Assembly: GCF_009914755.1 (NCBI RefSeq)
Contig: NC_060933.1
Length of the DNA stretch: 64,000 nucleotides
Strand: one strand, 5' to 3'
From: the human T2T-CHM13v2.0 reference genome, Homo sapiens
Shown here: in pieces, positions 42,292 to 56,774 of the stretch
Layout: each line of letters begins with the position of its first letter
Numbering within the stretch: the first letter of the stretch is position 1
Notes under the pieces: generated by a model
What the model was told of the DNA's origin: nothing
What the model saw: only the letters and a program-made list of their open reading frames with translations
The model's database searches: none
Translations under genes and position numbers: made by a program

Positions 42292-42379
42292 GTATGTTTG
42301 TGGCTACTTTAATTTTTTGCTCTTGCCCAGCCATATCAAAGACTAGTTGCCCAAACAATTAGTATCCAAAATATCTTGA

Positions 42380-42658
42380 GGTTTGTCGTTTTGTTATTGT
42401 TGTTGTTTTTTGAGGCAGGGTCTTGTTCTCTTGCCCTGGCTAGAGTACAGTATTGTGACCACAGTTCACTGCAGCCTTGAACTCCTACGCTAAAGTGATT
42501 CTCCCTGTTCAGCCTCCCGAGTAGCTGGAACTACAGGCACGTGCCACCACGCTTGGCTCATATTTAAATTTTTTGTGGAGATGGGGTCTCATTATGTTAC
42601 CTAGGCTGGGCTCAAACTCCTGGGCTAGGATTACAGGTGTGAGCCACTGCACCTGGCC
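42380..42658 (-). mobile_element. Alu (AluJ-like) with internal deletion in the left monomer
   Basis: Alu consensus. ctcctgggct|aggattacagg skips about 35 nt of consensus. Confidence 0.9.
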
Positions 42659-43095
42659 CAAAACATATTCTTGATTTCTAAAGGGACCCACTTTTTATTT
42701 ACATAAAAATTATGTACTACTGATTTTATATGTTATTGATCTTTTTTTTTTTCATTGTTCTTATTCTATTAAGAATAAGGTGTCATTCTCTACTGCAGTG
42801 AAGGCACACCAGATCTCTGTGGTCAGCCTGCAGGTCTCATTGACGTGCAATTTGCAGATGGGTGGGGTTTTGATTTTTCTTTGGGTTTTAAATAAGTACT
42901 ATAAATACTATAATTTTGGGGCCCTCAATACTGAATATTTTCGTTAGTAGTTTCAGTGAGTATTGTTATCTGTTCTAGCACATTTGTGCTTCTAAGCATG
43001 CATTAAATGCTTTTGGCTAGAAATGTCCACACCCAACAACCCCAGCATTATAAATGTGCTGTGCTTGCATTACTGTCCACGATGTTCCTTTGTAG

Positions 43096-43248
43096 GATCC
43101 ATCTTCCCCTCGAGGGAGCCCAGCACATTCCCCCAGAGAGAATGGCCTAGACAAGACACGCCTGCTCAAGAAAGATGCCCCGATTAGTCCAGCCTCTATT
43201 GCATCTTCCAGCAGTACTCCCTCCTCCAAATCCAAAGAACTTAGCCTT
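43096..43248 (+). CDS. TLE4: TLE4 coding exon (probably exon 11): [20 protein letters not shown]...SKSKELSL
   Basis: Acceptor ttgtag|, donor |gtaagc, 153 nt, phase 0-0. Confidence 0.97.
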
Positions 43249-43471
43249 GTAAGCAGCTCCTTACCATCTCTCTGAGTGTGGCCTCTGCCAATTTGATGTT
43301 TGAATTTGATGTTTTTATCTTTATATTTCTCACATTTTTAACAGGACTTTTATTTCCAAATGTATATATGTTCGGTATTTAAGTTTAATTGGCAAAAGTA
43401 TGTAGAGCAGAATAAGTTTACTAACTTGTTGGTGATGAGTGTTTATTTTATGATTCTTTTTGCAAGGATAG

Positions 43472-43567
43472 AAGAGGGATATGGGGAAATTGAGTGAAAC
43501 ACGTCTTAGCGAAGATGAACAATGCACATTGGGGTTACAGAGATGGTTTTGTCGCCTGTGGTTTATG
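43472..43567 (+). CDS. TLE4: TLE4 alternative cassette exon, 32 aa: KRDMGKLSETRLSEDEQCTLGLQRWFCRLWFM
   Basis: Acceptor ggatag|, donor |gtaaat, 96 nt, stop-free in phase 0. Matches my recollection of a longer TLE4 isoform. Confidence 0.8.
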
Positions 43568-44466
43568 GTAAATTTAGTTTGGGGCTTGAATGTGATTTTG
43601 TTGCTAGCTTTGTTTGAATTACCAAGCTACATATGACGGCAATAATTTTCCCTTCCTATCTAAAAAGTAATCTCTCATTTACAAAAGTCTATCTTGACTT
43701 ACATCACAAATCACAAATGCAAAAATGAACTGCTCACCCATCAGGATAATCTCCCTGCACCCTATTCTTCTGTGGCTGTGTAGTTAATTGCAACTTTGTG
43801 TGGTGTGTCTTTTTTCCTCACCAGTTATTTCCTTGTAACATAACATTTAAAAAAAGAATAAAAAGACAAATTCAGTTTTCTAATAACCTCTGGAATTCAC
43901 AGCTAAAGGAAAGGAAATTCCTCACTTGGTCTGCAAATTAGGGGGGATAAGTGCGACGGGCTAGATTGTTGGTGTTGTTTTTTTAAATTTTATTTTCTCT
44001 TGGCCTTCTGGCCTTCTTTTAATGGCACCTGCTCTCTGCTTAGTCTCTATGACAATTCAAGCTTGGATGTGTTTTCTAATGTGACCTGTTCACCAGGAAG
44101 CCTCTTGTGACATGAACAATCTGCCAGGAGCCCACAGTTACCCCAGTCTTTACCAAAGTCACCAGCAAGTGGCCACAGTTAGGACATCCTGGTTTGTGAG
44201 CCTCATCTGACTCAGACCAATTTCCTAGAAATGAGCTGCTCTCCTCTAAATTCAGCTTCAGTTTATGTCTTCCCAAATATTAGGTCTGCTGTCTCAAGGA
44301 ACTCTTTTGTTTCTTTGTTAACTTTTCTATTAAAGAAAATCAAGGCCCAAGCTGAAGAACCTCTTCCATTTCTTTTCCTCCTTTCCTTTTCTTTACCTTT
44401 TTACTGTTTAACGTCATTGTTAAAACCATGTTCTAATTGCTGGTATATGTCATTTCATCTTGTTAG

Positions 44467-44599
44467 AATGAAAAATCTACTACTCCCGTCTCAAAGTCCA
44501 ATACCCCTACTCCACGAACTGATGCGCCCACCCCAGGCAGTAACTCTACTCCCGGATTGAGGCCTGTACCTGGAAAACCACCAGGAGTTGACCCTTTGG
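44467..44599 (+). CDS. TLE4: TLE4 coding exon (probably exon 12), SP domain: [24 protein letters not shown]...PPGVDPL
   Basis: Acceptor tgttag|, donor |gttagt, 133 nt, phase 0-1. Confidence 0.96.
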
Positions 44600-44941
44600 G
44601 TTAGTAAGAAAAAAGTTTTTTCTATATTTTTATGCTCGTTTTTAAGAATTTAAAGCAATTTAAGGAGTACAGTACATTAAAAGTGCTAATGACCAGCATT
44701 GAATGGCTGTTAGACAAAGTTACTTAACCTGAACCGAGCACCTGGGACCAACCTTGTCTGGCACATGGTAAGTGTTCAATAGAACAAAGTGAATGAGTGA
44801 ATTCTGAAGGCTTGAATGACTTTTGAGAATATTAAAATAAGCTCATTTGAACCATAGATTCTATTTTGTGACATGTTTACAAATGTCTTCACTGTTGTTT
44901 CCTGTGTTCTTCATTTTTCTTCCATCCATTTTGGTTTGCAG

Positions 44942-45135
44942 CCTCAAGCCTAAGGACCCCAATGGCAGTACCTTGTCCATATCCAACTCCATTTGGGATT
45001 GTGCCCCATGCTGGAATGAACGGAGAGCTGACCAGCCCCGGAGCGGCCTACGCTGGGCTCCACAACATCTCCCCTCAGATGAGCGCAGCTGCTGCCGCCG
45101 CCGCTGCTGCTGCTGCCTATGGGAGATCACCAGTG
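44942..45135 (+). CDS. TLE4: TLE4 coding exon (probably exon 13), SP domain with 11-Ala tract
   Basis: Acceptor ttgcag|, donor |gtgcgt, 194 nt. Overlaps ORF 44962..45147 ([12 protein letters not shown]...). Confidence 0.96.
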
Positions 45136-45189
45136 GTGCGTTTGTGAGCTTCACAAATAATATTTTAGCACACGGAGGATTGTCATGCT

Positions 45190-45497
<308 letters not shown>

Positions 45498-45971
45498 TAA
45501 TTTATATAATCTAAGGTATTTAGAGATCTGTGGGTATTTATAAGTTAAGCTACATGTGATTATAATCTTGAGGTCCATTTTCTTTCGTAAGGTGAAGAAG
45601 TTTCTTTTTTATTTTATATGTCTTTTTAAAAGAATACTAATTTTAAATTTTCCAAAATGATACTAATTTTGGAAACTTCAAACCTACAGAATTAGATCAC
45701 ATAGTATAATGAATGTAATGACTCTTTGGTTCTACCATGAGCTTCAATAATCATTAGTATAATTTTTTAATCTGTGTTCCACCCCCAAGTATGTTACCAT
45801 TAAATCCTAAACATTGGTTATCATTTCACCAATAAATACTTCTGTATATATCTCTAAAACCTTATTTTTAAAGGATCTATTCTCCCAGGTTTTAGAATAG
45901 ATTTTGAGAAGGATAAAACAAGTCAAATGTAACTGTGCTTATTTCTGTTGTTTGCTTGGGAAAAATTCTAG

Positions 45972-46048
45972 GTGGGATTTGATCCACACCATCACATGCG
46001 TGTGCCAGCAATACCTCCAAACCTGACAGGCATTCCAGGAGGAAAACC
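45972..46048 (+). CDS. TLE4: TLE4 coding exon (probably exon 14): VGFDPHHHMRVPAIPPNLTGIPGGKP
   Basis: Acceptor ttctag|, donor |gtgagt, 77 nt, phase 0-2. Confidence 0.96.
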
Positions 46049-49000
46049 GTGAGTACCTTTTTGCCTCTGTGCTCATTGTGTGTCAAACTCAGGTCCCTTG
46101 CTGGCCCCGTAGACTTAGAATACCACTAGACAGTGTTGGGGGAGTTCCCATGACTTGTATTTTTTTACCTTGCAAGGTATTTTTCATTTTCTCTTAGCAC
46201 AAGAAGAGAAGTAATGAAGTGGGGTTTTGCATTGTAAAATTTTGAGCTTTAATATGTAAATGCAAATTGCAGAGGCATCTCCAGTAGTCAGGTCTTCTCT
46301 ACATCTGTTGCAGATTTCAAGGCAATTCTTTGTTCCAAAAGTCTGATTATTATGTGCAAACCTGAATGTTCAAAATTTGAATATGTTGGGAAAAGACATG
46401 CCAAACCTCAAAGGCTGAAAGGAAATAAGGGCACTCTTATGCTTAGTTCTGTTTTCAGAAAAGGTGACTTGCTTAGTTGGCTTCTTATACCGTGCTCTGG
46501 GCATCTGGAGCCTCTGTATTCACAGATTCCTTGAGTTAGGAAAGACAAAACACAACACACCAGTTGTTCTAGCCTTCTCTGAACGGATCTCATTCCAAAT
46601 ACTTTATTTTAATCTAATGCACCTTTTTATTACTACCTAATCACAGTTGTCTCTGCTAATTGGCTTCATCTTCCCAGAAACAAAGATTTTACTATAAAGT
46701 AGCACTGGCTGTTTCTTTAAAATCCCAGCTGGCTGCTTTCTCTCGCTTCTCCTTTGGGAAGCCTCCCCCGCAGATCCTCCTTGCCTTGTTAGTCACCTGT
46801 GTGTGTGCATTTTTCTCATCACTCTTTCTGTGGGCATCCCCTCTGTCACTACACATGCCGTGTATGTGCTGCCTCCCCAGTCTCCAGGGCTATCCAGACC
46901 TGACCCTCAGTAGCAGCTCAAGGCGCCTTCTCCCAGAGGCTTCCCTGGTAGCTTGCCTGCCTTGAGGTATTTTGTCCTTACTGTCCTTCTTCCTGCAAAA
47001 CTTTCTGTGGCTTAGTGTCTCATTTAGTTATCTAAGATGTCATTATGTCAGAGCGTTCTGCCCTGACAACCCTATTATCCCTCTTTCCCTTCCTCCCTAT
47101 TCTTTCCTGTTCTACTACCTTTTTAATGCTTTTTTATAGCCATTATCTGCCTCTCCCTCTTGACTATAAGTTCCATGAAAACAGAACAGAACTTTCTGCT
47201 ATTCAGTTATAGAAGCAGTCTCACTGCCTAGAATGGTACCTGGTTCATAGTGGTGCTCACGGTATGGATTTATTCAGGGAATGGATATGTGCTGATTTCT
47301 TTCTTCTCGGACCTCCCATTGCTTGTTTATTCACTCCCACACACTCGGGCACTTAGTTTTCACCCTGGTGTTAATTGCGTGCCCTCTTCTCCCCACATCC
47401 CTTCAGTGTTGCCTAACCTAGACCCTTTCTTTACTTTCCATCTGAGGAATCCAAATCTCAGTTCTTCCTTTTGTAGCATATTAATACTTCTCTACAGACT
47501 CTATCCTAACCTTCCTTTGTTGTATCAAGCACAGTGCTGGCTCCATAGCCAAGTTGCTTGGTAAATATTTGGCTGATTAATAGGGGAGAAAAGACAAATT
47601 AGAGTTCCTCAAGAGTTGAAGGTATAAATATCAATTACCATAAAATTCTGTGTACCTGTGTGTGTTTTGCAAATAGTTGTTGACTGACTAACAAGTCTTA
47701 TTGACCAAGAAACTTTGATGTATTTGAAGGTGAAAGTTGGGTCTATTTCAAGCAATGCTAAATAACAAGGTTATACAATTAATCAAATAATGACTCAGAT
47801 ACCTACAAGTTCCATATGAACTTGTGGGGAAAGTGGAAGGGTTCCTTTAGGGAAGAAGTACTATCCCTTTTTTTTGGTTACTTCTTAGGTAACCAACAGT
47901 TGTACCCAGAGCTACAGCATAACCACTAGAGCAAATGAGATGATGCTTCTTGCCTCAGCTGCTGCTTCGAGGGGCAAGGGGTGTAAGTGTCTTTAAGGAA
48001 ACACCTTGGCTAAGGGATTTGGACCAGTTAAACCACTGTGGAATCACAGCTGCTCTGACTCAGATGGTGCTTCTGAGTCTTGGGCTGACTTCCCTTCATC
48101 AGTTTTAACTTTCGATGTTATAAAATGTTTAAATGTTTAAGATCCTTTAGGGTGGGTTAATGGATTGGAGGATTGTTGAGAATTTTTGTTTATGAGAGTG
48201 ACAGAGTCACATCTACTGCAGTTGGCAAATGACACTTTACCAGGAAAATGACACTACTAAAAAGCATGTGGTGCAGTCAACAGAGTATGGTTTTGGGAGT
48301 GTGACAGATCCAAGTTTGAATTTAGACTCTGCCAGTTGAACCACTGAGAAGAGTGGCTTTATGCACAATTTCTTTGTGAGCTTCAATCAGCTCATTCATG
48401 AATCAGGGATGGCCCCTCCTCAACAAGAAGGATGTGAAGATAGGAAGTAAGATAATATGTTGTGTGTTCATTCAGTGCCACATTTGTTACATGGTGGCTG
48501 TTTAGTCAACCCCAGCATTATTTCCCTTTCAGCTTTGTCCCAGCATATTATTCATTTTTCAGCTACTTATGTAGTAGGAGGTACATTGTGTTTTAGGGGC
48601 AGAAGTGACCCAAGAAGATGGGTCATTGGTGTGTCTTTATGTAACAGAGCATGAAGACGTATAAAGTTACATTCACTTATATGCATACAGAGATAATATA
48701 CTTTTATTATAGATTTTTACAGCAGAAATGAATATAACAGTTATGTGGCTCTCCAGATCATAAGATACTGAATTGTGCAATGTTGTCTTGTGCATATTTT
48801 TCAAGACAAAACTTTTTTAAGTGTGCTAGAAAATAAAATAAAAAATCACCTAAAGTCTTCCTCCACCATACATACCCACAATGTAACTACCTTTCTCCAG
48901 AAAGACTTATAAAAGTTATGTGTCTCTGTTCTAATTATTTCACACAATGAATTGCTAGATATGATCAGAAATTATAATTAAATGCATGTTCCAAATTAAT

Positions 49001-50181
49001 AAAATGGTGTTTATTGTATAATTCACATTGAATCCTCTTGTCTGCTCAGGTGAATTAGCAGAGGTTCTACTTCATATGTAGTTGGAATAACAGCATAGTT
49101 TAATTTCAACATAAGCCAAAAATGGCCCTTCTCCTTCACCTGCTACTCAAATGAGACTTCTATGGCTAGTGTATAACTATTTGATTAACATCACGGTACT
49201 AATTGTATGAGATGTGACATGTGAACACAGCAAAAATAAAAGATCTCACGTTAGTGGATTATAGGCTGCTCACAATTCAGAAATCTGACTCTTTTGCATT
49301 GATTTATTTTTATAAAGCAAGATTTTCAAATGAGAATAATGCCTGATACATAGTAAAAACCTTCAACGAGTATTTGTTGGCTAACTCACTGGTCTGTATG
49401 CTACTTAGAACCGAATTTTCTATCGTATTTCAATGTAAAATACAATAACCAGACCTCTCATTGTGACCTCAAGGTCGAAGCCCATCTTGTGACACATTGG
49501 AAATGTGGAGAAGGTACTGTGCGCGTGAGAGATGAGCACAGCATAACAGAACTGGGCCTCAGAGAGGAGAATGAGGGGAAGGTGGGAAAGCCAGTGACCT
49601 TCTTTAAATATGCTGGGTCTTTGTCAAGATGATAATCCATATATAACAAGTTTGACACACATGTTTTTAAAAAAGCAAATTGCATGTGTCTGGATTGTTT
49701 AAAGTGTAGTTATGTCAGAGAGTCCAAGCCTAGCATTTTCTTCAACTGTCTCTTATTCTCATCGCCATGTTTGTTGGAGAGCCACTCTGCTCGTAGCAGC
49801 TTAACCTGTGGTGTGTGTGTTCGTGTTGAGAGGAGGTCAGGTCACTCTATTTCTCTGACTCCCTGCACCCTCTCCCTCCAGCCCTGTATTTCTAGTTATT
49901 TGTTGGGCATCTTAGCTAGGGATCTTGGGTGTATGTTACTTGCACCACAAATTCATTATATTCAGAAAGTACTTTTGTAAATTAGGTCCTCTTCCCAGTT
50001 TGCCCTTTTTTTGTTAACTACAAGTACCATGTTTCTTTTTTCCTGAGCTCAGAAACTCAGTTACTCTAGCTCCTCCTCAGATCTCGTCAATTTAGTCCTA
50101 CAGGATTTTATATCCATTGTACCTTCTAACTTGTCATCCTTGCCCTTGCCTGGTTCAGGACCCCCAGTACCTCTTACTTAA

Positions 50182-50508
<327 letters not shown>

Positions 50509-51639
50509 GGAATAATTGTTTTTAATTCCTCCTGTCCATCCTACTCCTTGCTACCAAGTTTATTTTATGAATAGCTTTGCCCAGTAATGGCACACTCCCT
50601 TTATCCCTCAAAAATCTCTTCAGTCAATTCTGGGAAGGTCTCAGGCTGGCATTCTGGTCCTTCCCTTTTATAGCCTTACATTGATTTTAATTATATAGAG
50701 ATATAGATCTGGTATGTTTTTTCAGACTACGCTTGGCCAGTTCCTCCATCCACCTACTGTGTAGTTATTATTGAATGAATTCCTGGATTAAAACCAATTC
50801 AAGGATTTCCCAGCTCATTTTACCTCATCCTTTTGGAACTTTTGCTCTCTGCTATTCTTGCTATCTGGAATATTTTTTCCATCTTTCTCTTTACTCGATG
50901 GTATCTTTTCATTCTTTAAAAACCCATCTCTATTACCATGTCTGTCTCTCATCCAACATAAACTTTCTTTCCTTTTCAAAACACTTCAGAATACTTTCCA
51001 TTAGAATGTGACCTGATATTGTCATTTCTGTACTTTTCTCTCATCATGCTAACTAGATTGTTAGTCACTTGTGGGCAAGACCAGGTGCATTACCTAGTTT
51101 TGTATCCTTAGCATGACGTTTGCGTCAGAGTATATGGATGGGAGGTACTTAACACATTGTGCATTAAATTAGTTAGAAACAGAGTAGCCCTTTGCGCCTC
51201 GGTTTCTCTGATTCCTAGCAATGTTGACTTCCCTCATACCTTCCAGGAGTATTTGCTAGTTACAGTCAAAGAGTTTATCGAAATCTGATAATAAGTATGT
51301 ACTAGAGCTTTATTATTTCCAGTTCTGAGTGCCTTCTATGTATACTAATAGCAAACAGAGGGCCACATTAATGTCATTAATGAAAGCAGGCTCTTGGAAT
51401 TCATTTGGACTCTTTGAAAGGACTCTTGCCAGGAACATAGTAGGTGCTCACAGAGTGGTTGTTGTTGAGGTGAAGGCTGTCCTGTTGAAGGCCTTGAAGG
51501 AAATTGTGTGCCTGGTTTCTTAACTATTTGAAATCTCAGTGCTCTTTAATAACCATTTAGTGATTCTAGACTAGAGAATGAGATGGCTTTTCTAATAAAT
51601 TATCATTAAGAATGTATAACACCATCTAAACTTGGAATA

Positions 51640-53900
51640 ATCTTTCTTTCTCTTCCTTTAAGATTTAGTCTTCATGACCTCCTAATTGCTAAATCAATTA
51701 GCCTTTTTCTCGGCCATCATCCCTCAGAACCTCAGCCTTTCACAAGCGTTACTGCCACCTTCTCCTTGTCTGAACTGAAATCTGGCCGTCTCCTGAGATC
51801 ATCCCTTCACTTGCAGCCCTATACAGGGTGACCTTTCCATTTCATTCACTGACCTCAGCACCAGCGGTGGGGTTAATAACAGCTGTGGTTGCCACCCCTT
51901 CTCCAGCCTCTCCATGAACAGAACTTTTCTACCTGTTGGTGAAAACCTTGCTCCTTTCAGGCTCGTGCCATTGGACTACCCCCTCTTCCACCTTGTTGGG
52001 AGTATTTCCCCAGTGTATTAAAGACTTGATACATGGCTGAGAGTCTTCCACTACCCAGAGGCTGCCATAATCCTGGTTGACTCTGGTATCTACAAAGACA
52101 ACCCCCCAGTATCTTCATCATGGTCTTGGACCCCCTCATCTCTAGTGAACATCTGCCCTCCTCACCTTCAGTTACCTGTATTTACAGGTTCACAAAGAAG
52201 AGCTTATCATCACCCCTGTGTCACCTCCAGATTCTAAGCGTCCCATCCAGTACAACCTACTGTGGCTCCAGTCAGCCAGAGTGCTCCACGTTCTATTTCC
52301 AACTTACCACTATCTCCCAGGCTCTAGCCACTGCTTCTCCTCTAGATTACCGTGTAGTCCCCAGACTAGTTGTCTTTCGTTTTGCCACCTACACTCCATT
52401 CTTCACCCAGCAATCAGAAGATCATTTGAAGACGTTAACTGAATCATGTCACTTTTTTTGCACAAGTCTCCAGAATCATATCTGTACTCATCACAGCCTA
52501 TATGGCCCTTTTTAGTTTGGCCTTGCCTGTCCCTTCACTCTTATATCCTATATGCTCTCCACCGAATGCACTCTGGCCTCCTTGCTTCGTTCTGGTCTCA
52601 AGGCCTTTGCATTTGTTGTTCCCTCTGCCTGGCACGTTCCCCATTACTTATTTGTAAGGCCTGTGTCATTCCTTCAGCTCTCCGCGCATATGCTGCCTCT
52701 TCAGAGAGGGCCACCTGACTGCCACTGTGTGCTCCCCTACTCTCTTTTATCTGAAAATGTGTGTGTATATTTAATGGTATTTTCCACTGTCTGAGGTGTT
52801 TATCAGGTATTTATGTTTATCTGTTACCTGTTTTCCTCTCTAGGATGTAGACTAGTGGAAGGATAGGGACTTTGTCAGTATTGTTCACCTGATTCCCCAG
52901 CACCTGATGGTAACTGGAACATACGAGGCATTTAGGAAGTATTTGCTGAATAAATGAATAATTAGCACGCTTTCTTGCTCTGGCCTTCGAATTTGCCATA
53001 TTCCTAATCATCATACTGTCTTCAGACAATTCGTACCCATTCTTTATGTTGCAGCCCTATTGCCATTTTCTCTGTCCTTTTCACTCTGTTAAATTCCTAG
53101 ACTACCATGCATTGTTCACTGCACTGACCATCTGACATTTTGATAGTTACTTATGTGCATATCTCACTAATGAATGTGCCCCTCAGGCTGTAATTTCAGG
53201 AGAACAAGGTGTGTGCATTTCTTTCTTATTCCATTCTTACCATAATGCTTGGCACACTGGCATACTCAAGAAATATGTGTTAAGTGAATGAATCTTAGTA
53301 AATTGTCATGTGATTGAACATCTTCTCCCCCTTTCTATTTTATTATCTCTGCTAATAATCTACTTCCATAACTACTCTGGCCGGAGATTCCTTAAATGTC
53401 CACATTCTTTGGGATTCTGTATCTGGTCTGCTTTTCACTGCATAATCTGCTCTGGGATTCTTCTTTCCGTCCCCTTAGCTTCAGCCATCACTTCTTTATG
53501 GATGATATCTAACCTGACCTCTCTCCTGAATCACAGCTGTTTGGATTTCTGCCCTGAAGTTCAAGAAAACCAATTCCTTCACCTCCCCATAGGTGTACCC
53601 TTGAGTTATGCTTTCCTGTCATCTTTACTAGGTAATGCAGTCTACCTAGTCACCCAGGTTCTTAGCCCTAGGGTCCTCTTCAGCATCTCTCTCTCAGGTC
53701 ACACATCCAGTGTATCTCCAAGTCCTGTTGATTTGATGCAAGAAATGTCTTCTGTCCATTGGCTTCCTAGCTTCCCACCTCCTTCCCCTCCAGCAAGTCT
53801 CACATACTATGTTCTTCTACAACGCTCTGTAGTCTGTGGAGGAAGTAAAAGCCCGCCACTGTCTAGTGCCCTCATCTTCCACAGCCACAATGCATGCGTC
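51640..53900 (+). mobile_element. Cluster of LINE-2 fragments
   Basis: L2-like pyrimidine-rich sequence with typical 3' ends (...ggaagtatttgctgaataaatgaat at about 52960; ...aaatatgtgttaagtgaatgaat at about 53290). Confidence 0.65.
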
Positions 53901-55024
53901 ATTTTTTCTGGGAGCATTCAGGTAGTTGAGGACCATTCAATAATGGACTGAATTTTGATGAACATGGCCAGCCTGTAAATTTTTGCATTAAGGAACGATA
54001 AACTGTTTTAATTTAATTCTACAACTTCCGCAGTTTGGTCCAGCTTCCTGTCCTTTACGCACCCACAATGCTTTCCCTTGGTATGTCTTTTGTAAACTAT
54101 TTTCTGTAAGCAGAGCAGATTCCCAAGCTCCGTGCCCAAGTAGAGTAGCATCTTTTCCAAAATGGGCTGTTGCCTATGATAGTCCCCAAGATAGGCCCAG
54201 CTGCCTCCTGCCTGCCACTGGCGTCTTCTGCTTCCAGAAACCTAACATGCGTCACAACAGCCTCACTCGTCCCTTCCTGACTTCAGTGCCCTAAAAATAA
54301 AAATGAGTCTGTTGGGGGAGACGCTCTTACTTAAGTTGCATTTTAGGACCAAATGCTTTTACCACCTGAGGGCTTTCCCTGGAAATGAACTGGAGATGGA
54401 ACTGCCAAGAGATACTCACAGGTAGGCCTTTGGGGCTGTCAGGATGCCTTTTTAGGTTCTCATTCCATTTGGATTGACTAGGATTTGTGATTGTCAAGTC
54501 TGATCAAGGTTTTAAAATAGGGCTTTATCTTTTTTTTTTTGGCACATCTGTCATTTCAACGTCTAAGCCTAGAGGCTCTTAACTCCTTAAAGCTTCCTGA
54601 TTTTGGCCTACTCATCTCCCTTAGTAAGTCCCTTGCCGGGAATGAATTGATCTATAGGCGAGGTCTCATCACAGGCCTCTGATTCATCCAAAGGAGAAGG
54701 CAATGCAGGTTTATAGGGCATCCCTGAAAGGTGGCTACTGCACTTGACGGTGGTTATCTCATTTAATTCTGTGAGGTATAGGTAGTGTTCTCTTCATTTT
54801 AGAGACTAGAACTGCTGTTCTAGTTTAGAGATTCTAAGTAACTACTGATGTCCCACAGCAGCTTGTACAGAGTCAGCCTGAGATCTGGCCCTGTAGCAGC
54901 CTAGCTGTATGATTCTGGAAATTATGTTCTTTACACTGTATGGACAAATTCGATTTGTTCGTAAATCACAAGTGGCACTGAAGGTGTTTTATTTCTCATC
55001 TCATTACACTGAACAGTTAAGTGA

Positions 55025-55336
<312 letters not shown>

Positions 55337-56377
55337 TGAACAAGACTTAGACTTTCATTCAGAAAACAGGAGGGGCTGATGAGAGAACTGTATGTATGAG
55401 CAACACCACACAGTATTGATCCCAGGTGGATAGTTGCTCTTCAGGGGACTGCGATCTTTCACTTGGAGGTGTGTCTTTTGCTTCCTAGACACACAGTGAT
55501 CTAGTTCTTCATGTGTGGCATGTGCACCATACTGATTTCATTAACTCTGCCTCCCATGGGAAAAGGCAAACCGCTTGTTTTCCTCTCTGATGGTTAAGCA
55601 AACTAAGAGCCCATACAGTGACTATGAGTGTGCACCTAAATATCATCTGTCACATGTAAAGAGTAACTTACTGCCTCATGTGGCAAATACTAGATAGCCC
55701 CTCAGCTGCTTCATTGGCCTTTTCCCTTGAGTTCCTTAGGAAATGTCAGTTTAGTAGAATTTTTGCTATAGCATGAGGCTACATCAGTTGAACATAATTA
55801 AATATACATAAGATTCCCGTAACCTCATGAGCTAGGAGGAACTTTTTTTTTCTGTAACTTAACACTCCATGATCAAGTCTTGCCTCTGGTGCAGCTTTCA
55901 TCAAATGCATGATGCCCTTTAGTCACGTAATGCAGGCCCAGGCAAAAGGAACAGACTGCCAGGGATCTACCCCCTGAAACTTTCTTGACATCAGTAGCAG
56001 GACCTTTCAACAGCAGAACTGAGCCTGAGTCTACCAAGGTTCCAAGTTTGGATACTCCAAGACTGTGAGAGCTCCTGCATTAGTGTACGTGTGTATCTGT
56101 GTGTGCAAATGATGCAAGCAGTTGGTTAATTTGGTGGTGGTGGGAGTGGGTCTAGAGCTTTGCATTTTGATGCTAATTAAGATTAAATATCTCAGTACTA
56201 CATTTTGTAGATCAACTTTAAGTACTTCCCTAATTTCATGTAATTTTCTAGCATTAATCCACTTTATCATTGTCATAAGTATAAACGGCTCATTAAACCA
56301 GGAGGGAACACAATACTTTTATGGATTTCTGCTCTCATGTTAATGCTGTTTTCCTTTCCTCATGAGTAATCTCTTGA

Positions 56378-56644
<267 letters not shown>

Positions 56645-56727
56645 TAGGTTAGCAGGATCTGTTACCAGGTTGTGAGGAGGAGCCGATTTTACCATATTTT
56701 GCCAAAGTGCTGTGTATATAGGTATGG

Positions 56728-56729
<2 letters not shown>

Positions 56730-56771
<42 letters not shown>
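56730..56771. repeat. (TG)20 microsatellite
   Basis: Seen directly, about 87 nt downstream of the donor at 56643. Confidence 0.97.

Positions 56772-56774
<3 letters not shown>

Noticed and set aside
53310-53951. 213-aa ORF
   Set aside because: GTG start, Ser/Leu-rich reading of pyrimidine-rich, L2-like intron sequence, with no recognisable domain.
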